From Lentimicrobiaceae bacterium (GTDB lineage: Bacteria > Bacteroidota > Bacteroidia > Bacteroidales > UBA4417), in the NCBI GenBank assembly GCA_041753535.1, contig JBGSUB010000019.1, positions 917-64,916 of the forward strand: 64,000 bases of DNA. The letters are read 5' to 3'. Below the pieces are notes generated by a model that did no database searches, had not been told where the DNA came from, and saw only the letters and a program-made list of their open reading frames with translations. Position 1 is the stretch's first letter. Every line of letters begins with the position of its first letter. Of the stretch, positions 37,864-45,688 are shown one piece after another. Position numbers and translations under genes: made by a program.

Positions 37864-38964
37864 CTAATCTTTTATCAGGTCCATGCCGCATGTATGGCAT
37901 TGGGTTTTTACAACCGATCTCACTACGGGATGCATGGGACAATAATAATCGCCGGTTTCTGCTTTCTTGTTTTTAAAAGCCATCAGTTTATAAGAAAGAC
38001 CTAAAGTGAACTGGTATTGTGTACCAACCTGGGTTTTAGTTAAATATTGATATACAGGTATATCGGCCACTCCGTAAAAGCTGAAGTTGTCTATTGAGTA
38101 GCTAACCTGTGGGCTTACAAATACTTTTTTATATCCTGTAGCCTCAGGGTCATAGCTTGGATAAGCATACAGCAGAATATTTTCATTCAGTTGCATTTTA
38201 TCGACCATTTCATAACGAAGCTGAATAGTAGTACCCAGGCTTTTAAAGAAAGTTTTTCCTGCGAAGACGCCTATACTGGCAAAATCACCAAGTTTTTCAC
38301 CCAGGGGATTCCAGCCTTTCTTAACATAAATCATGTTTGCAAAAACCCTGAATTTTTTCATTGGGTACCCGCGATATAAAAAAGTATAAAAAATAAAATC
38401 CTGGGCACCTGACGACATTTGAACAGATTGAGGGTTTGTAACATAATAGTTTTCTCCCGAAAAGGGCTCTGTTCTCATGGTTGAATCATTGTAACTTCCA
38501 ATTGGTATTTTGAATCCCAAACCTACGGTAATTTCGTTTGTAACATTGCCTGTACAATAATTCAGAACCCGGTATCGAGGAAAAAGGATCAGGTCACCGA
38601 ACCCTTTTGAGTTAAAAGTCCTTTCCGGATCCGCATCGAGTCCTACTTCTTCTTTATAAAAATAATTCCCTCCTTCGACTGACATCGTTAAATCAGGCGT
38701 AAGCCCATATGCAACCCTGAAATATTGGTAGAGGCTTCGGTATTGGTCAAAATACTTATCCTCATACTCCCGTGAACTTCCCGTATAAAAGTTTTCACTC
38801 TGAATAAACTGCAGGTTGGTATTCAATTCAATCTGATTCGGAAGAAGCACACCCTGGGAAGTTCCTCCGGCTATAGGACTTCCGGAGCCGCCTGAACAAC
38901 ATTGGGCAACCAGCTGATTTGTATAGAATATCGCAAATATTCCGACCAGTAATGATAATTTCAT
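37864..38964 (-). CDS. Outer-membrane beta-barrel ('transporter'/MetA-like) protein fused to a C-terminal heavy-metal-binding domain (HMBD)
   Basis: The signal peptide ends VAQ and is followed directly by CCSGGSGSP. About 300 aa of amphipathic strands follow. The C-terminus is GDYYCPMHPVVRSVVKTQCHTCGMDLIKD, which fits the YxCPMHP..CxxCGMxL pattern. Confidence 0.7.
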   Translation of the reverse strand: MKLSLLVGIFAIFYTNQLVAQCCSGGSGSPIAGGTSQGVLLPNQIELNTNLQFIQSENFYTGSSREYEDKYFDQYRSLYQYFRVAYGLTPDLTMSVEGGNYFYKEEVGLDADPERTFNSKGFGDLILFPRYRVLNYCTGNVTNEITVGLGFKIPIGSYNDSTMRTEPFSGENYYVTNPQSVQMSSGAQDFIFYTFLYRGYPMKKFRVFANMIYVKKGWNPLGEKLGDFASIGVFAGKTFFKSLGTTIQLRYEMVDKMQLNENILLYAYPSYDPEATGYKKVFVSPQVSYSIDNFSFYGVADIPVYQYLTKTQVGTQYQFTLGLSYKLMAFKNKKAETGDYYCPMHPVVRSVVKTQCHTCGMDLIKD

Positions 38965-39006
38965 GGCATGAAAATTTTAAATGTTTACTTAATTTGTCTG
39001 CCGGCA

Positions 39007-39780
39007 TCAATGTGATACAACAAATCTGGCTCTCTTCATTCCTGAATCTGCTTTTAAACACGCAAAATAAATGCCGTTTTTCAAACCTATACTGCTCACA
39101 CTAATCGTATTTTCGCCCTGTTTCAGGTGAAAAGAAGCTGGTTGCAAAACCTGGATGCCTGAATTATTATAAATAACAAGTTCGCACGGTTCTGATTTCT
39201 CAGAAGTGAAATTTAATGAAACCTCATTGTTCGCTGGATTTGGGTAAATTTTAATGTCATTTACCTGCACAGGATCGCTAATGCTGACGGAAAAGTCCTC
39301 AAGGGCAGTAGTAATAGCATTCGTGAGAAGATCTACATTAACTGTATTGTTTGTATTGTAATATACCTGATGGGTGTAATTGCCAACTACTACAATTTTG
39401 GGCATACCATTTGAGCCGTAATCGCTCATTTTAATGGCGGAATTGGAGAACTTAGTGGCATTGGTAAGCCCATTTTGAGTACACCAACTGTTTAATGATG
39501 AACAATTCGTATTTGCATAATCATCACAAATGTACATTTTAACCCTGTCAGGGTATGATAGGTTGAAACTTTGGACCACATTATAAGTAGTTTTAGTGGG
39601 ACCAATGCATGATGCACAGGGCATAACCCAGCAAAGTATTACTACCTTACCTGCATCAAGTTCATTAAAAAGATTATGGCTCACTCCAGTACAATCATCA
39701 CATATGAAATTTGTGGCAGTTTGACTGAATGCTCCAAAGGATGCAAGAAATATGATCAGGATAATTAGTTTGATTTTCAT
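39007..39780 (-). CDS. Cys-rich thioredoxin-fold-like protein with T9SS CTD
   Basis: It has a signal peptide. VVILCWVMPCASCIG is redoxin-like with a PCxxC motif. The ~150-aa N-terminal domain has 8 Cys. The CTD is IYPNPANNEVSL...RFVVSH. Confidence 0.65.
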   Translation of the reverse strand: MKIKLIILIIFLASFGAFSQTATNFICDDCTGVSHNLFNELDAGKVVILCWVMPCASCIGPTKTTYNVVQSFNLSYPDRVKMYICDDYANTNCSSLNSWCTQNGLTNATKFSNSAIKMSDYGSNGMPKIVVVGNYTHQVYYNTNNTVNVDLLTNAITTALEDFSVSISDPVQVNDIKIYPNPANNEVSLNFTSEKSEPCELVIYNNSGIQVLQPASFHLKQGENTISVSSIGLKNGIYFACLKADSGMKRARFVVSH

Positions 39781-39929
39781 TTGCTCGTCTTTTAATTTAA
39801 CATTTAGAGAAAGGAAATTTTTATTTCAACGTTAAAGCTTCCCGGGGAAACATACAACATTCTTTATATGAATTTGTTTGTCTTTTTCTAAAGCCAAACA
39901 GACCTTTAACGTTGTTGCAGGAGGATTCG

Positions 39930-42272
39930 CTAATTAATAACATACCTGAAACCTGCATACACAGTTGCTCCAACCAAAGGTCCCCAGACCATAGAAGTAT
40001 CAAAATGAGTATGATACGGAGCAAATGCCTCGGTAACAGGATCTTTCTGAGTAAAATTGGTTAGATTTTCACCTCCGAGGTAAACTTCGAACACCTTAAA
40101 TTTACGCGTAACCTGGGCTAACAATTGTACATATGCCGGGGAATATTCGCCTCGTTGCAGGGATACAGGCATTTTCTGTGTATCAGGAATCCTCACTTTG
40201 CCGTTAAATTGAGTAGTGAAGTCGAATTTCCATTTGTCGAATTTGGTGGCATAATTCAGCGAGACAATTCCTTTATATGCATTCACCATTGGTTTCTGTC
40301 GAAGCTCATCGTTGATGGTGGTTTTTACATCACTTACCCTGAAAGCTGCTAAAACGGAAAGCCTTTTTAACGGTTCAAATGTAATCTGCGCCATATAGCT
40401 GTTGGCATACGATTGGCCATCGAGATTGTAAAAATATACATCCGAAGGAATGCTGTCGAGGTCAGTAATTACCTGGCTGATAAAGTTAGTACGGTAGGCT
40501 TCAATATCTATTTGTGCTTCGCGGCCGAAAAGTTTAAAATCGTGTGTTACATTCAATCCAAAATTCCATGCTTCTTCCTGTTTCAGATTCTCTTCAATAT
40601 GAATCAGCCGCTGGCTGGCCATAATGGAGAAATTTTCTGCAAAAAGATTTGCCGTACGATAGCCTTTCCCTGCTGAAGCCCTGATTGAAGTAGTTGGTAA
40701 AACTTTATACCTTAAATGAAACCTTGGTGTAAAGAATAAACCATATTTGTTGTGATGATCGGCACGGATGCCTCCGATCAATGTCAGTTTTTCGATGGGA
40801 GTCCAGTTGTATTCGAGGTATGCACCGGGTACAATTTCTTTACGGTCCATTATATAAGTTGTATCAGAGAAACTTACAACCATGAACAAGGTATCGGAAG
40901 GTGCAGTAACGTCAACCATTCCGATCTCCTGGTATAAGTATTTAAAGTCGCGGCGGAAATAATCTTCGTCATAATTATCGTAAATAAAACTTAAACCTGT
41001 CGTAATCCGGTGGTTTTCGTTTCCGCCAAGGGCATCCTGGTATATCAGGTTTCCGTAAACGCTTTTTTGTGTTCCCTCGTATTTGTTTTCACCAAAAAAG
41101 CCTTCCTGCGAATGGTATATTCCTGAAACAATAACAGCAATGCTTCGGTAATCATTAAGTATAAAACCGTTTTTCCAGAAACTTTCAAGGCGCTTTGTTT
41201 TCAGGTTAAACCCATAGGTTTCGGTAAGATCGCTGATTTTGACAATATCCGGGTTATACTGGTCGGGATTGAAATCCATATAACCACCAGTGCGGGTTTC
41301 GTCCATATATTTCACCAGGAAACGGGAGTCATATTTACCTGGAATATCATAATCCCACCGATTTATAAAATTGTAGGTGGTAACTTTGGGGATATCCATA
41401 AATTCGTCGCCGTTTTTATCAAATGGCGACTGAAACGTACTGGCATGCCCAAGCACCATTGTGCTTAACCGATCGTTGATTTTGGTACCTGTATTGAAAT
41501 TGGCTTCGAGCCTGCCGTGCTGGTTTGCAAACATATTAAGGAAGAGTTTTTCGCTTTCGGCCGGCTTTTTATATTCAACATTTATCATTCCGGTCGTTGA
41601 TTCATAACCATTCATAACGGAAGATGCACCTTTCGATACGCTTATGGCTTCCATCCACGGACCGGGAATATACCCAAGACCGAATGTAGCACCCAAACCA
41701 CGCATAAGCGGAACATTTTCGGAAATAATCTGGCTGTAAACACCTGATAATCCGAGCATCTGAATCTGTTTCGCTCCTGAGATGGCATCGGCATACATTA
41801 CATCAACTGACGAACTGGTTTCGAAACTTTCGGAGAGGTTGCAGCAGGCAGCACGTTTCAATTCCTTACTGGTAATTACCTGCACTTTCCGGGGATCCAC
41901 ATGCGAAATAAATGTGCCGCCTATATCTCCGCTTATCTCCACCTCCTTAAGTTCATTGGTGCTTTCGCGCATGGTAATATCTATGTGATTGATCCCTTGT
42001 ACATCGATTGTATCAGTGTGATAACCCAGAGAACTCACAACAATTTTCTGCGCTACTATGCCCTTGCGCGACAATCGGAACTTGCCGTAAGCATCAGAAC
42101 TTGTTCCTGTTGTGGTTCCTGCCCAGTGAATGTTTACACCCGGCAGGCCCTCCATATGGCCATGCTCATCCATAGCACTTATTTCGCCGCTGATAGCCTG
42201 GGCATTGGCTCTTCCTACCCACATTGCAAATAGCAGGCTGAAAATGAGTTGAAAAACTATTTTGAATTTCAT
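39930..42272 (-). CDS. TonB-dependent receptor with N-terminal carboxypeptidase-regulatory-like domain
   Basis: It has a signal peptide and a CarbopepD_reg-like segment (GLPGVNIHWAGTTTGTSSDAYGKFRLS). Plug motifs are present (SVSKGASSVMNGYESTTGMINV), followed by a long barrel. Confidence 0.88.
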   Translation of the reverse strand: MKFKIVFQLIFSLLFAMWVGRANAQAISGEISAMDEHGHMEGLPGVNIHWAGTTTGTSSDAYGKFRLSRKGIVAQKIVVSSLGYHTDTIDVQGINHIDITMRESTNELKEVEISGDIGGTFISHVDPRKVQVITSKELKRAACCNLSESFETSSSVDVMYADAISGAKQIQMLGLSGVYSQIISENVPLMRGLGATFGLGYIPGPWMEAISVSKGASSVMNGYESTTGMINVEYKKPAESEKLFLNMFANQHGRLEANFNTGTKINDRLSTMVLGHASTFQSPFDKNGDEFMDIPKVTTYNFINRWDYDIPGKYDSRFLVKYMDETRTGGYMDFNPDQYNPDIVKISDLTETYGFNLKTKRLESFWKNGFILNDYRSIAVIVSGIYHSQEGFFGENKYEGTQKSVYGNLIYQDALGGNENHRITTGLSFIYDNYDEDYFRRDFKYLYQEIGMVDVTAPSDTLFMVVSFSDTTYIMDRKEIVPGAYLEYNWTPIEKLTLIGGIRADHHNKYGLFFTPRFHLRYKVLPTTSIRASAGKGYRTANLFAENFSIMASQRLIHIEENLKQEEAWNFGLNVTHDFKLFGREAQIDIEAYRTNFISQVITDLDSIPSDVYFYNLDGQSYANSYMAQITFEPLKRLSVLAAFRVSDVKTTINDELRQKPMVNAYKGIVSLNYATKFDKWKFDFTTQFNGKVRIPDTQKMPVSLQRGEYSPAYVQLLAQVTRKFKVFEVYLGGENLTNFTQKDPVTEAFAPYHTHFDTSMVWGPLVGATVYAGFRYVIN

Positions 42273-42392
42273 ATGATTTATTTGATCAGAAGTTTACAAA
42301 CTGTTTAATGAATTGAATCAACTTCTTTTGCATCTGCAAAGCCATATAGCCATGAGAAGTAAAAAAGCTGGTAAATAAGGGGGAATTGACCC

Positions 42393-42881
42393 TTAACAGT
42401 TGTAACTGATCAGTGGAATTCGCTGTTGCGAGAGAAACAGCACGAGCTTGCGGCCCGCAAGTGGAGAGGGAAATGCACCTGAGCCGGGTAATTCAGAATC
42501 TTCCTTTTCAGGAGTGCATGATGAAAAAACATTGCTAAGTATCGAAATTACTGCCGGCTGCAATAAGACCAGGAAAGACAGATCTTTAACCGGCGATTCA
42601 AGTGAGAGTTTACTGAAATAAGAAACATTTGAACAGCAGCTGTTTTTTGTCAGTACAGGTTTACTGTTGGCCGGTGACGAATTTTTATCAGTGAGATCGT
42701 TAGCACAACCACAGGAAGCTGATTGCTGTAAACCAAGCTCGGGGTAAAAAGCAATACCCGATAGTTTGTCATGACAATAATGAGCCTGGTATGATAACCC
42801 TGTTGCACCAGCTATAACAATCGCTGCAAGCACAACGAGTAAGGCATTTTTAAGATACAAACGGATTATTTTCAGTTTCAT
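42393..42881 (-). CDS. Small membrane-anchored Cys/His-rich protein (HYC...CC motifs; possibly the HYC_CC_PP family)
   Basis: The start is refined to MKLKIIRLYL, 18 nt downstream of a -7 box. It has one N-terminal TM helix and the motifs AHYCHDK, SCGCAND and NSCCSN. Confidence 0.6.
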   Translation of the reverse strand: MKLKIIRLYLKNALLVVLAAIVIAGATGLSYQAHYCHDKLSGIAFYPELGLQQSASCGCANDLTDKNSSPANSKPVLTKNSCCSNVSYFSKLSLESPVKDLSFLVLLQPAVISILSNVFSSCTPEKEDSELPGSGAFPSPLAGRKLVLFLSQQRIPLISYNC

Positions 42882-42898
42882 ATTCGCGTAATTGCATG

Positions 42899-42906
42899 CA
42901 AAAGTA
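42899..42906 (-). promoter_or_regulatory. -7 box TACTTTTG driving the HYC/TonB-receptor cluster
   Basis: The reverse complement of caaaagta matches TAnnTTTG, 18 nt upstream of the ATG at 42881. This argues against the longer ORF start at 42917. Confidence 0.5.
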
Positions 42907-42981
42907 ATGCATTGCATTTAGATTCCGTATTTTTTAAAGTTAATAGCTTGTTAATTAAGAAACCTTTACAGAGACTTCCTA

Positions 42982-43908
42982 TTATTTCAAACCACTGACT
43001 ACATTTAAACTCTGGGGCAGAATATTGAAAACAAATGGTGTATGACCGAGTGATTCGCCATCCGCTTCCATATACATGTGAGGTTCGGAGTGAATGATGA
43101 TTTTTGATGAGCGAAATGTACTTACTTCGGGCAAACGTGTGAAACTGCCGTCGAAAAGCTTGATGATATTCCTGATAATTTTAATTTTCCCGATGGGTTT
43201 TATAAGGGTCATGTCAAATAGTCCGTCATCAGGCAGAGCTTCCGGGGTTTGTTTCATTCCGCCTCCATTATACTGACCAATACCGACGCTCATGCTGAAA
43301 ATATCCGATACCACTTTTTCGTTATCGAGGAGGATAGTAACCTTGGTAAAGGTATAACTGAATAAACTTGAAAATATATTAACAACATAAGATAGGGGGT
43401 TGCTTTTACCCAAATCCTTTTGTTTGTTTGTCTTTTGGGCTACAAGAGCATCAAATCCCATTCCTGCCATATTGATAAAATAGCGTGTAATTTCTTTACC
43501 ATCGACGGAAATATATTTTATGGTTCCGGTATCCTGTACAAATATTTTACGCTTTATAATGAGTTTGATAGCCTGTTTGTAATCGTTGGGAATATTGTAC
43601 ATCCGGCACCAGTCGTTACCGGTACCAACCGGAATCATGGCAAGTGTTATTTCGCTGGTCGGCACATGGGCCTGGGTAAATATACCGTTAACTACCTCAT
43701 TAAGGGTGCCATCGCCACCAACAACAATAATATTCCTGTAACCATTCTCAATATATTTCCTGGCTAATAAAACTGCATGATTACGATGCTCGGTAAACAC
43801 GTTAACAAATTCAATTCCAGCGGCAGTAAGCTGTGCAGCAATTTCGAGCCAATCCTTTTCCCCCTTGCGTTTTCCGGCATTGGGATTAACAATTACGAAC
43901 CAATCCAT
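42982..43908 (-). CDS. YegS/BmrU-type diacylglycerol/lipid kinase
   Basis: The motifs are IVNPNAGKRKG, VVGGDGTLNEVVNG and PVGTGNDW. Confidence 0.85.
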   Translation of the reverse strand: MDWFVIVNPNAGKRKGEKDWLEIAAQLTAAGIEFVNVFTEHRNHAVLLARKYIENGYRNIIVVGGDGTLNEVVNGIFTQAHVPTSEITLAMIPVGTGNDWCRMYNIPNDYKQAIKLIIKRKIFVQDTGTIKYISVDGKEITRYFINMAGMGFDALVAQKTNKQKDLGKSNPLSYVVNIFSSLFSYTFTKVTILLDNEKVVSDIFSMSVGIGQYNGGGMKQTPEALPDDGLFDMTLIKPIGKIKIIRNIIKLFDGSFTRLPEVSTFRSSKIIIHSEPHMYMEADGESLGHTPFVFNILPQSLNVVSGLK

Positions 43909-44111
43909 AGTGCATTATTAGAATGAGAAACTTGCTTTTGACGCTCGAAAGATAGGAATAATCTTTTGAAAGCTGTAAAAATTGCTAAAAAACCAGTGGA
44001 CTGATAAGGTTTCAGGCTTTCAGTTTCCAGCTTGTGAAGAAGGAATCGGGAATCTCGAATCCCTGAAGGCCTCCCTCTCTCCGGATCTCCCAATCTCCGA
44101 CTCTCTCACTC

Positions 44112-45446
44112 TCAGATAACCCTTCCTTCCCATTTTCCCCTCTTCAAATATATCCACGAAAGCAGGCCCAGAACAACGGCATACATATATTCACAAAGCC
44201 ACACCACTTCAATCGGCTGACGGAGTTTAACGGCCAGAAGCCAGGCCAGAACAAGATACAGGCTGAGAGTGGAAACCTCAATAGCAAGGCCGGTGCGGGT
44301 ATTTCCGGTCCCCAGAACACCGTTGAATAAAACAATGGTTGCCGAAAAAAGGAATACAGCTCCCAGGATAATATAATAGGAAGCAACCGATTCTTCCTGT
44401 AAGCCTGTATCGCTGGTATATATCGAAATCATAAAATGCGGAACAAATGCAGCCAGTATAGCTACCACCAACATGATTCCCATACTGAAAACCAAAACTT
44501 TTTTAACAATAGGAATAACCTGCTTTGAAAAGCCTTCACCTATGGCATTGCTCACAATGCTGCTTGTGGCAGAACTCATTGCCCAGGCCGGAATCATAAG
44601 CAACATATAGATACTTCGTATAATATTTGAAACAGCCAATGAGGTTTCACCCATTTTTTCGATAAGCAGGAAAAACCCAAACCAAACAGCATGTGATAAT
44701 ACAAACTGAATCATGATGTAAAGTGATAAATCAAGAGTGTTTTTAATAATTTTAAAATCGGGTTTTACGAATGCAAAAAGTTTGAATTTCTCCAGATGAG
44801 CCCTTCGCGCTGTGATAGCAAAAAAGAAAAGAAGTGCGCAGGCTTCGGAAATTGCGGATGCAAGACCAGCGCCGGCTATGCCCATTTCAGGAAGTCCCAG
44901 CTTGCCGAAAATCAGCCCGTAATCAAGTATTACGTTGATAACAGCCATTATTCCTGCACTGATACTGATGTATTTTGTAAACGCAATACCTGTATAAAAC
45001 GAACGGAAGAGTAAGGCTGAAGATGCGAAAAATAAGCCAAAAATCCGGTATTTCAAGTAAATGGTACTTGCAGCAAAAATATTTGCCGAAGCAATAAAAG
45101 GTTTTAACAACTGCTCTCCGAAAAGGACAATCAACAAAGTAATAATAAGTGTGGAAATACCCAGGAAGTAAAAACTGTTATCGAAAATAGATCCAATGGC
45201 CGGGAAATCCTTTTCCCCGTTTCTGCGGGCGATCAATATTTGCACCCCGGTTGTAAAGCCATATGCAACCATAAAAAGTGTAACATAAAACAACCCTCCA
45301 ATAGCCGATGCGCCGAGTTCAACAGCCCCCACATGCCCCAGGAAAGCGGTATCAGTTACATTAACAATATTCTGGGCTACCAGGCTGATCATAATGGGCC
45401 AGGAGATAATCCAGATTTTCCGGATGGAAGGAGTGTTGGAGGGCAT
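44112..45446 (-). CDS. MATE family efflux transporter
   Basis: It has 12 TM helices and an N-terminus (IWIISWPIMISLVAQNIVNVTDTAFLGHVG) typical of MATE transporters. Confidence 0.85.
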   Translation of the reverse strand: MPSNTPSIRKIWIISWPIMISLVAQNIVNVTDTAFLGHVGAVELGASAIGGLFYVTLFMVAYGFTTGVQILIARRNGEKDFPAIGSIFDNSFYFLGISTLIITLLIVLFGEQLLKPFIASANIFAASTIYLKYRIFGLFFASSALLFRSFYTGIAFTKYISISAGIMAVINVILDYGLIFGKLGLPEMGIAGAGLASAISEACALLFFFAITARRAHLEKFKLFAFVKPDFKIIKNTLDLSLYIMIQFVLSHAVWFGFFLLIEKMGETSLAVSNIIRSIYMLLMIPAWAMSSATSSIVSNAIGEGFSKQVIPIVKKVLVFSMGIMLVVAILAAFVPHFMISIYTSDTGLQEESVASYYIILGAVFLFSATIVLFNGVLGTGNTRTGLAIEVSTLSLYLVLAWLLAVKLRQPIEVVWLCEYMYAVVLGLLSWIYLKRGKWEGRVI

Positions 45447-45588
45447 TGGTTATGGAAAATAGGAATAAAAAATGGTAAAAAAGTCGAATTTGCAATTCAA
45501 TGTGAATTGGAAATAACCGGGGTCAAAATTAAATGAATAATTCTTAATAAATTTGAAAAGTTCTGAACGGCAGATCAGTATTTGCAAT

Positions 45589-45632
45589 AAAAAATATGGA
45601 GAAAACTAGAAACTCATTCCGGTTTTCTCCAT
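45589..45632 (-). terminator. Rho-independent terminator of the ALDH gene
   Basis: ATGGAGAAAAC and GTTTTCTCCAT form a perfect 11-bp stem, followed on the minus strand by ATTTTTTATT. Confidence 0.75.
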
Positions 45633-45688
45633 GTTAAATTCAGGTTATAACTTTTTTAGTGTACAGACACCCTGCGGGTGTTCAGACA

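Noticed and set aside
42882-42917. The ORF track gives a longer start (MQCITFACNYAN...) for the HYC..CC protein.
   Set aside because: The TAnnTTTG box at 42899-42906 lies inside that extension. The MKLK start yields a normal N-terminal TM anchor.
43893-44093. A 66-aa ORF lies in the spacer between the MATE and lipid-kinase genes.
   Set aside because: It is translated largely from low-complexity CT/GA-rich DNA. It overlaps the lipid-kinase start and has no features of a real protein.
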